Assembly: GCF_016127575.1 (NCBI RefSeq)
Contig: NZ_CP066018.1
Location: forward strand, 720,001-752,000
Direction: 5' to 3'
Source of the DNA: Cupriavidus necator
GTDB taxonomy: Bacteria > Pseudomonadota > Gammaproteobacteria > Burkholderiales > Burkholderiaceae
Length of the DNA stretch: 32,000 bases
Shown one piece after another: positions 24,920-32,000 of the stretch. Each line of letters begins with the position of its first letter. The first letter of the stretch is position 1. The notes under the pieces are model-generated. The model saw only the letters and a list, made by a program, of their open reading frames with translations. It made no database searches and was not told the DNA's origin. Both the position numbers and the translations under genes were made by a program.

Positions 24920-26290
24920 ATGTCCATTCGCGAGCAGCTGGCCAATGCCGGGCCTGCCTTCACTGCCAACGGCCACGCCGCAATCCAGTTTGCGACGTCG
25001 GCAGCCTCCGTGTCGGGCGGCTACCACCAACTCAAGCGCGACGTGCACGAGACCGTGCTGGACCGCGTGGAGCTGGAGCGGCTGGCGCGCTATCCGCAGG
25101 AGCAGGTGCGACAGGAGATCGCTGCACTGGTCAACCTGATCATCGACGAACAGAAAGTGCTGCTCAACGAAAACGAGCGGCGCCAACTGACGGTTGAGAT
25201 CTACGACGAGATGTTCGGCTTCGGCCCGCTCGAGCCCCTGCTTCATGACCCCACCGTGTCGGACATCCTGGTCAACACCGCACGCCAGACCTATGTGGAG
25301 CGGCGCGGCAAGCTGGAACTGACCGACGTGGTGTTCTACGACGACGCGCACCTGATGAAGGTGATCGAGAAGATCGTGTCGCGCGTGGGGCGCCGCATCG
25401 ACGAGACCAGCCCGATGGTCGACGCACGCCTGCCCGACGGCTCGCGCGTCAACGCCATTATCCCGCCCTCTGCCATCGACGGGCCGCTGCTGTCGATCCG
25501 CCGCTTTTCCGTGAATCCGCTGCAGGTGTCCGACCTGGTGAACCTGCGCAGCCTGACGCCGCCGATGGCGCAGCTGTTGCAGGCGCTCTCGCAGGCCAAG
25601 GTCAACGTGCTGGTGTCGGGCGGCACCGGCAGCGGCAAGACCACGCTGCTGAACATCCTGTCGGGCTTTATCCCGGAAGACGAGCGCGTGGTCACCATCG
25701 AGGATGCGGCCGAACTGCAGCTGCGCCAGCCCCATGTGCTGCGGCTGGAAACGCGACCACCCAATATTGAAGGCAAGGGCGAGATCACCCAGCGCGCACT
25801 GGTGCGCAACGCACTGCGCATGCGCCCCGACCGCATCATCCTGGGCGAAGTGCGCGGCGGCGAGGCGCTGGACATGCTCAACGCAATGAACACCGGCCAC
25901 GAGGGCTCGCTCACCACGATCCACGCCAACACCCCGCGCGACGCGCTGACGCGCCTGGAGAACATGGTCAGCATGGCCGGCCTGACCATGCCGGCCAAGG
26001 CCATGCGGCAGCAGATCTCCTCGGCCATCACGGTGATCGTGCAGGCGGCGCGCATGACCGACGGCCGGCGCAAGATCATCAGCATCCAGGAGATCACCGG
26101 CATGGAGGGTGACATCATCAATATGCAAGAGATCTTCACCTTCCAGCGCACGGGCGTGGACAAGGATGGCACGGTCCGCGGCAATTTCCGGGCGACCGGG
26201 GTCTATCCCAAGTTTGCCGAGCGGCTGCGCGTGTTCGGCGTGGGGCTGCCGGATGAGACCTATGACCCGGCCAAGCGCTTCGAAGTCTGA
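24920..26290 (+). CDS. cpaF: CpaF/TadA secretion ATPase (VirB11/GspE superfamily)
   Basis: Walker [15 protein letters not shown], Asp box, Walker [13 protein letters not shown], and His box [21 protein letters not shown]. Confidence 0.95.
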   Translation: MSIREQLANAGPAFTANGHAAIQFATSAASVSGGYHQLKRDVHETVLDRVELERLARYPQEQVRQEIAALVNLIIDEQKVLLNENERRQLTVEIYDEMFGFGPLEPLLHDPTVSDILVNTARQTYVERRGKLELTDVVFYDDAHLMKVIEKIVSRVGRRIDETSPMVDARLPDGSRVNAIIPPSAIDGPLLSIRRFSVNPLQVSDLVNLRSLTPPMAQLLQALSQAKVNVLVSGGTGSGKTTLLNILSGFIPEDERVVTIEDAAELQLRQPHVLRLETRPPNIEGKGEITQRALVRNALRMRPDRIILGEVRGGEALDMLNAMNTGHEGSLTTIHANTPRDALTRLENMVSMAGLTMPAKAMRQQISSAITVIVQAARMTDGRRKIISIQEITGMEGDIINMQEIFTFQRTGVDKDGTVRGNFRATGVYPKFAERLRVFGVGLPDETYDPAKRFEV

Positions 26291-26335
26291 TCCGCCTGGC
26301 ACGATACAACAACAAACAATCCCGGGGAGCTACAC

Positions 26336-27313
26336 ATGAGCACGATCTTCTACGCCTTCGGCATCCTGCTGTTCGTGGCCGTGGTGCTCTGCGTCGAGGG
26401 CATCTACCTGTGGTGGAGCAACGCCCATGGCCCCGCGGCCAAGCGCATCGAGGCGCGGCTGCGGGCGCTGTCGGCGGGCGGACATGTCAGCGCAGAGCAG
26501 TTGTCGATCCTGAAGAAGCGCATGCTGGCAGGCTCGCCGCGCTTGCAGAAGTGGCTCATGAGCGTGCCCCGCGTGGGCGCGCTGGACCGGTGGCTGGAGC
26601 AATCCGGCAGCACCTGGTCGGTGGCGCAACTGCTGGGCTACTGCGCGATGGTGGCGCTGTGCACGGTGGCACTGATTCCGCTGTTGCCGATCCCGGTACC
26701 GCTGGTGCTCGCCGGCGCGGCGCTGGCCGCCCTGCTGCCAGTGCTGCATGTGATGCGCCAGCGCGCCAAGCGGATCAAGCGGATGGAGGCACAGCTGGCT
26801 GATGCCGTCGACATGATCAGCCGTGCCCTGCGCGCCGGGCACTCATTCAGTGGCGCGCTCGGCATGGTCGGGCAGGAAATGAAGGCCCCGATCGGGCCGG
26901 AGTTCCGCACCACCTTCGAGGAAATCAATTATGGCGTGGCACTGGACGAGGCCATGACCAACCTTGCCATCCGGGTACCGGTGGGCGACCTGCGCTATTT
27001 CGTCATCGCGGTGCTGATCCAGCGTGAAAGCGGCGGAAACCTGGCGGAGATCCTCGACACCATCGGCACGATGGTGCGCGAGCGGCTGAAGCTGTTCGAC
27101 AAGATCCGTGTGCTGTCGGCGGAAGGCAAGATGTCCGCGTGGGTGCTGGGGCTGTTGCCCTTCGGCACTGCCGGGCTGATTCTGGTGGTGAATCCAGGCT
27201 TCATGAAGGTGCTGTGGGAGGACCCGATTGGCTTGCGCATGATCGGCGGCGCGCTGGTATCAATGACCTTCGGTGTGCTGTGGATGCGCAAGATCATCCG
27301 TATCCGGGTATGA
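26336..27313 (+). CDS. tadB: TadB (GspF-like platform protein)
   Basis: T2SSF domain (ALRAGHSFSGAL...EINYGVALDEAM...LIQRESGGNLAEIL) flanked by TM segments. GGGGAG RBS. Confidence 0.9.
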   Translation: MSTIFYAFGILLFVAVVLCVEGIYLWWSNAHGPAAKRIEARLRALSAGGHVSAEQLSILKKRMLAGSPRLQKWLMSVPRVGALDRWLEQSGSTWSVAQLLGYCAMVALCTVALIPLLPIPVPLVLAGAALAALLPVLHVMRQRAKRIKRMEAQLADAVDMISRALRAGHSFSGALGMVGQEMKAPIGPEFRTTFEEINYGVALDEAMTNLAIRVPVGDLRYFVIAVLIQRESGGNLAEILDTIGTMVRERLKLFDKIRVLSAEGKMSAWVLGLLPFGTAGLILVVNPGFMKVLWEDPIGLRMIGGALVSMTFGVLWMRKIIRIRV

Positions 27314-27393
27314 ATGTGCAGCGTGCGGTTCCACAAGTACATGCAGTGCTCGAAGAAGCAGGGCTTGGACAGCTATCCTGACGGGAGTCCATC

Positions 27394-28368
27394 ATGCAAG
27401 GCATTATCCAGGGGTTTCAGGCGGACCAGTTTGTCGTGCTCGCGCTGATCTTCGTGGCGGCGTTCGGCACGGTGTTCGGGGTGCTCTACGTGTTCTCGCC
27501 CAACCGCTTGCGGGGGCGGGCGGAGCAGATTGCAGGCCAGGCGGGTCAGCTCGGGGCTGATCCTGGCAAGCAGAATCCGCTATACGAAAAGCTGGTGCAA
27601 TGGGCGCAGCCGGTATCGCGGCTGTCACTGCCCAAGGAGGGGTGGGAGAGCTCGCAGCTGCGCGTGCGCTTCATGAACGCCGGCTGGCGCAATGCCAGTG
27701 CCGCACCGCTGTACTTTGCGGCCAAGACCGTTCTGGCCATCGCCCTGCCGATGATCGGGCTGCTGGCAGCCGCCGGCCAGCCCGGCCTGCAGGACCGGAA
27801 TATCATGTTCGCGTTGCTGGCAGTGCTGGGGGCAATCGGCTACTACCTGCCCAACGTCGTTCTCGCGCGCAAGGTCGCGCAGCGCCAGCGTACGGTGTTT
27901 GAAGAGTTTCCGGACGTGATCGACCTGCTGACCGTCTGCGTGGAGGCCGGCCTCGGGCTCGATGCAGCGCTGATGCGCGTGGCCGACGAGCTGGCGCTGC
28001 GCTGCCCGGTGCTGGCCGATGAGCTCCAGCTGATGCTGCTGGAGCTGCGCTCGGGCTTCTCGAAGGAAAAGGCGCTGTCTAACCTGTCGCTGCGTACAGG
28101 CGTGGAGGACGTGGACAAGTTCGCCTCCATGCTGATCCAGGCCGACCGCTTCGGCACCAGCCTGGGCGAGTCCCTGCGCGTGCTGTCCGACATGCTGCGC
28201 ACCAAACGCCGCATGCGGGCCGAGGAGCAAGCCGCCAAGATCGCGCTCAAGCTGTTGTTCCCGCTGATCTTCACCATCTTCCCGTCGCTGTTGCTGGTGC
28301 TGCTCGGGCCAGCCTTTATCCAGATCTATCGCGTTCTCCTGCCCACCATGGCCGGACAGGGAGGGTAA
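27394..28368 (+). CDS. tadC: TadC (GspF-like platform protein)
   Basis: T2SSF domain (FPDVIDLLTVCVEAGLGLDAAL...QADRFGTSLGESL) with TM segments. GGGAG RBS. Confidence 0.9.
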   Translation: MQGIIQGFQADQFVVLALIFVAAFGTVFGVLYVFSPNRLRGRAEQIAGQAGQLGADPGKQNPLYEKLVQWAQPVSRLSLPKEGWESSQLRVRFMNAGWRNASAAPLYFAAKTVLAIALPMIGLLAAAGQPGLQDRNIMFALLAVLGAIGYYLPNVVLARKVAQRQRTVFEEFPDVIDLLTVCVEAGLGLDAALMRVADELALRCPVLADELQLMLLELRSGFSKEKALSNLSLRTGVEDVDKFASMLIQADRFGTSLGESLRVLSDMLRTKRRMRAEEQAAKIALKLLFPLIFTIFPSLLLVLLGPAFIQIYRVLLPTMAGQGG

Positions 28369-28446
28369 TACTTCCGGGAAACCGTGATCGTTTCCCCCGG
28401 CTGTCTCCCGGTGCAATGCCGGCTAGACAGTCACTTGCCCGGACCT

Positions 28447-28478
28447 GGTTCCGGGCTTTTTTGCTTTTCGTCGGGATT
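28447..28478 (+). terminator. Rho-independent terminator closing the tad operon
   Basis: GCCCGGA / cctggt / TCCGGGC (7-bp perfect stem) followed by TTTTTTGCTTTT. Confidence 0.85.
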
Positions 28479-28496
28479 CGCGGGACTTGACCAGAC

Positions 28497-28525
28497 GGGC
28501 TGGCTTATTAAGAATGCAGGCAACC
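28497..28525 (+). promoter_or_regulatory. Candidate sigma-70 promoter for the metallophosphoesterase gene
   Basis: TTGACC (28497-28502), a 17-nt spacer, then AAGAAT (28520-28525, 4/6 match to TATAAT). About 50 nt upstream of the ATG. Confidence 0.35.
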
Positions 28526-28578
28526 ACCCGCCGCCGTAGCGGCCCATGCAGCGAGCCCCATGCGCCTCCGGAGTCCCC

Positions 28579-29364
28579 ATGAAGCTACGCATCCTGAGCG
28601 ACCTCCACATCGAGCACAACATGCCGCAGTCCGTGCCTGCCTGCGATGCCGACGTCGTGGTGCTGGCCGGCGACATCGCCAACGGGCGCGACGGCATCGA
28701 CTGGGCCGCGCGCACCTTCAGCCAGCCGGTGGTCTATGTGCCCGGCAATCACGAATACTACGAAAGCAACTTCGATACCGTGGATCGCCTGATGGCCGAA
28801 GCCACCGAGGCGCACCCGGGCATACAGGTGCTCAATGGCACCGTGGCCGAATTCAATGGCGCGCACGGACGGGTACGCATCATCGGCACTACCTGGTGGA
28901 CTGACTACACCCTGTTCGGCACTGACCGGCGCGATGACGCGATGCAGGCTTGCGCGGCTGTGATGCTGGATCACCGCCTGATCGAACTCCACGGCGACGA
29001 CGGCCGTCCGCGGCATTTCACGCCCCAGGACGCGCTGGCGCGCCACCAGGCCGCGTCGGCCTGGCTGGCGGCGCAACTGGCGCAGCCCTACGATGGCAAG
29101 ACCGTGGTGGTCACGCATCACGGCCCCGACCTGGGCAGCCTGGACCCGCGCTACTCGCACGACCTGGTCTCGGGCGGCTTCCTGTCGCGCCGGCCCGACC
29201 TGGTAGCAAAGGCGGACCTGTGGATCCACGGCCATACCCACACCAGCTTCGACTACTGCATCGACGATTCGCGCGTGGTCTGCAACCCCCGCGGCTACGT
29301 CAGCCGCCGCACCGGCGAGCTGGAAAACAAGCGCTTCGACTGGTGCTGCGTGGTTGTGGTCTGA
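28579..29364 (+). CDS. Calcineurin-like metallophosphoesterase
   Basis: MKLRILSDLHIEH..., VVVLAGDIANG and VYVPGNHEYY are metallophosphoesterase motifs I-III. Later VVVTHHGP and IHGHTH motifs. GGAG RBS. Start at the internal ATG of ORF 28546..29364. Confidence 0.85.
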   Translation: MKLRILSDLHIEHNMPQSVPACDADVVVLAGDIANGRDGIDWAARTFSQPVVYVPGNHEYYESNFDTVDRLMAEATEAHPGIQVLNGTVAEFNGAHGRVRIIGTTWWTDYTLFGTDRRDDAMQACAAVMLDHRLIELHGDDGRPRHFTPQDALARHQAASAWLAAQLAQPYDGKTVVVTHHGPDLGSLDPRYSHDLVSGGFLSRRPDLVAKADLWIHGHTHTSFDYCIDDSRVVCNPRGYVSRRTGELENKRFDWCCVVVV

Positions 29365-29405
29365 CGCGCGCCGGAGCCGGCCTCAGCCCTTGCCGCGCGC
29401 ATCCC

Positions 29406-30506
29406 TCAGTTGTAGTTGAAATTGACCGTTGCCACGCTGTCGACCGTGCCTGGCGTGACCGGGCCTACCCGGTAGTACCTCACCCCCAACGGAATGGCCA
29501 TGGTCATTGCCGCGCCGACATTGCCCATGCCGACATCGGCGTTGAGCGGCAGCGGGGTGCCCGCCGGGCCGCCATTCAGCATCTGCAGGCCAACGCCTTG
29601 CGCCGAGCCGTTGTTCCGCAGGACGCTGCCCACGGCGGTGGCATCGCCGCTGATGTTCATCGTGACGATCGACTGGGTGACGCAATTCTCGAGAGTGAGC
29701 CCGAATCTCGTCGCGCCCGCGGTCGAGCCGATGGTGGGCAGGGACGAGGCGCTGATCTTGGGCAAGGTAATGACCTGGTTCGCCGTGCCGGCGCTGAGGT
29801 TGCAGCTTGGCGGAATGAAGCGGAAGGTCACTGGCGAAGTCATTTGCTCGCCGAACTGGGCCGTCCACGGCCCCGGTCCCGAGCCCCCCGTCCAGCTGTC
29901 CTGGTAGCCGAAGCGCATCAGGCTGTCACTGAACGTGCCGCTGGTCAGCACCGTGCTGGTCCGCACCAGGTCCAGCCGGAACCGGAAGGTCTGGGTCGAG
30001 GTGCCCAGCGGCATCGTGCAAGGCACCCCGCCCGAAGCCGCCCCCATGCAGTTGGCACCGAAGTTGTCGCCGCCGTTGGTGCCGTAGCTGGTCGGTGCAA
30101 TCAGGTTGCCGTCGGGCATGTACATGCGATAGCCCAGTCCCGGCATGGCGGTGGCAAAGGTCTGCTGCGAGATCGAAGTCGCCACCAGCGGCGTCTGCGG
30201 CGTGTAGTTCAGGGCCCAGCCATTGGTAGATGGATGCCGCAGTCCGGTGTCGTCGCACGTCACCGTTACGGTAATGGTGGCGCTGGAGATCACCTGGCCG
30301 ATGCCGGTGGTCTTGCTGATGCTCACCGTGGCCGGCAGGAACGGCGAGGTCACGGTGGTTCCCATGCAGGCAGCATGCGCCTGGGCGTATGCCAGGCACA
30401 TGAGTGCCGCACAGGCAAGCACCGAAGGCACGCGCCTGATGCACGCGGTGGCATGAACCAGCCAGCGTCGTGGCGATGTAGTGATTTCGTTTTCCATGGC
30501 AGCCAT
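29406..30506 (-). CDS. Two-domain chaperone-usher-type fimbrial adhesin-like protein (orphan)
   Basis: The C-terminal ~160 aa resemble a type-1 fimbrial subunit: a Cys pair (PSCNL...LENC) and a terminal beta-strand GTVDSVATVNFNYN. The N-terminal ~170 aa form an extra, receptor-binding-like domain with its own Cys residues. Signal peptide ...LMCLAYAQAHA|A. The start (30506 or 30497) is uncertain and no good SD is visible. Confidence 0.6.
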   Translation of the reverse strand: MAAMENEITTSPRRWLVHATACIRRVPSVLACAALMCLAYAQAHAACMGTTVTSPFLPATVSISKTTGIGQVISSATITVTVTCDDTGLRHPSTNGWALNYTPQTPLVATSISQQTFATAMPGLGYRMYMPDGNLIAPTSYGTNGGDNFGANCMGAASGGVPCTMPLGTSTQTFRFRLDLVRTSTVLTSGTFSDSLMRFGYQDSWTGGSGPGPWTAQFGEQMTSPVTFRFIPPSCNLSAGTANQVITLPKISASSLPTIGSTAGATRFGLTLENCVTQSIVTMNISGDATAVGSVLRNNGSAQGVGLQMLNGGPAGTPLPLNADVGMGNVGAAMTMAIPLGVRYYRVGPVTPGTVDSVATVNFNYN

Positions 30507-30669
30507 GCTAGGAGGTGGGTTGATCCGGGATTTGCCCGCGGGTTCAATAGGCGGCGATTAGAAATGTAGCCAGCGCCTTCCGCTCCACAAATAGGGCAAG
30601 CCTTAGATCAGGGTGAGAGTTTTCTGCGCTCGTGCATGGCAAGGCGCGAGCGTCGCGCTGCCCGGAACG

Positions 30670-30701
30670 AAAAAACCCCCGCGGGCTCGCACCCGCGGGG
30701 G
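30670..30701 (-). terminator. Rho-independent terminator of groEL
   Basis: On the minus strand: CCCCCGCGGG / tgcgag / CCCGCGGGGG (10-bp perfect stem) followed by TTTTTT. It lies 46 nt downstream of the groEL stop. Confidence 0.9.
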
Positions 30702-30746
30702 TTCTTCAAGACAGCCTGCCCGTAAGGGCAGTCGGTCGGCGATGAA

Positions 30747-32000
30747 TTACATCATGCCTTCCATGCCGCCCATGCCGCCCATGCCGCCCGGCATTGCCGG
30801 AGCCGATTCTTCCTTCGGCGATTCGGCAACTGCGCAGTCGGTGGTCAGCATCAGCGAAGCCACCGAAGCGGCGTTCTGCAGTGCGGTGCGGGTGACCTTG
30901 GTCGGGTCCAGCACGCCCATTTCCACCAGGTCGCCGTACTCGCCCGAAGCGGCGTTGTAGCCGTAGTTGCCCTTGCCTTCGATAACCTTGGCAACGACCA
31001 CCGAAGCTTCTTCACCGGCGTTCAGCACGATCTGGCGCAGCGGCTCTTCCATGGCGCGCAGCACGATCTTGATACCGGCGTTCTGGTCGGCGTTTTCGCC
31101 GGTCAGTGCCGAGATCGCAGCGCGGGCACGCAGCAGGGCCACACCACCGCCGGGGACGATGCCTTCTTCCACCGCAGCGCGGGTGGCGTGCAGGGCGTCT
31201 TCCACGCGGGCCTTCTTTTCCTTCATTTCGACTTCGGTGGCAGCGCCAACCTTGATCACGGCAACACCGCCGGCCAGCTTGGCCACGCGCTCTTGCAGCT
31301 TCTCACGGTCGTAGTCCGAGGTCGCTTCTTCGATCTGGGCGCGGATTTGCTTGACGCGGCCTTCGATCGCAGCTGCGTCGCCGGCGCCGTCGATGATGAT
31401 GGTGTTTTCCTTGCCGATCTCGATGCGCTTGGCCTGGCCCAGGTCGTTCAGGCCAGCCTTTTCCAGCGTCAGGCCGATTTCTTCAGCGATGACGGTGCCG
31501 CCGGTCAGGATGGCGATGTCTTCCAGCATGGCCTTGCGGCGGTCGCCGAAGCCCGGGGCCTTGACGGCGGCGGTCTTCAGGATGCCACGGATGTTGTTGA
31601 CCACTAGGGTCGCCAGGGCTTCGCCCTCGACGTCTTCAGCGACGATCAGCAGCGGGCGGCCGGCCTTGGCCACTTGCTCCAGCACCGGCAGCAGGTCGCG
31701 GATGTTGCTGATCTTCTTGTCGAACAGCAGCACGAACGGGTTGTCCAGCTGGACAACCTGCTTTTCCGGGTTGTTGATGAAGTACGGCGACAGATAGCCG
31801 CGGTCGAACTGCATGCCTTCCACGACTTCCAGCTCGTCGGCCAGCGACTTGCCGTCTTCAACCGTGATCACGCCTTCCTTGCCGACCTTGTCCATGGCTT
31901 CGGCGATGCGCTCACCGATGGAGGTGTCGCTGTTGGCCGAGATCGCGCCAACCTGGGCGATTTCCTTGCTGGTGGTGGTGGGCTTGCTGACCTTCTTCAG
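30747..32000 (-). CDS. groEL: Chaperonin GroEL (5' end lies beyond the window)
   Basis: Unmistakable GroEL sequence ([37 protein letters not shown]) with a C-terminal [13 protein letters not shown] tail. The reading frame stays open to the window edge; the ATG at 31895 in the track is internal. Confidence 0.97.
   Translation of the reverse strand: MKKVSKPTTTSKEIAQVGAISANSDTSIGERIAEAMDKVGKEGVITVEDGKSLADELEVVEGMQFDRGYLSPYFINNPEKQVVQLDNPFVLLFDKKISNIRDLLPVLEQVAKAGRPLLIVAEDVEGEALATLVVNNIRGILKTAAVKAPGFGDRRKAMLEDIAILTGGTVIAEEIGLTLEKAGLNDLGQAKRIEIGKENTIIIDGAGDAAAIEGRVKQIRAQIEEATSDYDREKLQERVAKLAGGVAVIKVGAATEVEMKEKKARVEDALHATRAAVEEGIVPGGGVALLRARAAISALTGENADQNAGIKIVLRAMEEPLRQIVLNAGEEASVVVAKVIEGKGNYGYNAASGEYGDLVEMGVLDPTKVTRTALQNAASVASLMLTTDCAVAESPKEESAPAMPGGMGGMGGMEGMM

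Noticed and set aside
24692-26302. 536-aa ORF on the minus strand
   Set aside because: Antisense to cpaF, whose Walker, Asp and His boxes are unmistakable. The composition is a GC-frame artefact.
28376-28396. 7-bp hairpin GGGAAAC/GTTTCCC right after the tadC stop
   Set aside because: It is a real inverted repeat, but it lacks a U-tract and is followed 50 nt later by a much stronger canonical terminator (28447-28478). It is probably accessory at best.

Overview
High-GC (by eye, mid-60s %) proteobacterial chromosome segment. The gene content and the GroEL sequence look Burkholderiaceae-like (Cupriavidus/Ralstonia type), but that is an inference and was not searched. Left to right: (1) housekeeping and ordinary genes: hemL, a LemA-TPM-TPM three-gene cassette, and a divergent MFS transporter / LysR regulator pair. 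(2) A ~1.3 kb gene-free, purine-skewed region containing a well-formed sigma-54 promoter module. (3) An orphan sigma-54 enhancer-binding protein (bEBP) apparently co-operonic with a SAM-methyltransferase and a GtrA-like flippase. These are followed by a convergent GT87-like/GtrB-like GT2 operon and a divergent large polytopic GT-C-like protein, together a polyprenyl-phosphate-sugar periplasmic glycosylation island with no known acceptor. (4) A ~1.4 kb gene-free region. (5) A complete Tad/Flp (type IVc) pilus locus with non-canonical architecture. It has two flp pilin genes (the second is 57 aa and absent from the ORF track), tadV/cpaA, an extra AAA+ ATPase with no role in the canonical Tad model, cpaB, and a cpaC secretin with a long Pro/Ala tail. 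These are followed by a small lipoprotein, tadG/tadE-like pseudopilins placed before cpaE, then cpaF, tadB, tadC and a strong terminator. No TadD or RcpB homologue is recognisable. (6) A metallophosphoesterase, an orphan two-domain chaperone-usher-type adhesin-like gene, and the 3' three-quarters of groEL. I recognised no tRNA, rRNA, CRISPR array, IS element or integrase. Many long ORFs in the track are antisense or out-of-frame GC artefacts. The most interesting candidates are the uncharacterised AAA+ gene embedded in the tad operon, the bEBP-linked glycosylation island, and the sigma-54 promoter that fires into ~600 nt with no ORF.
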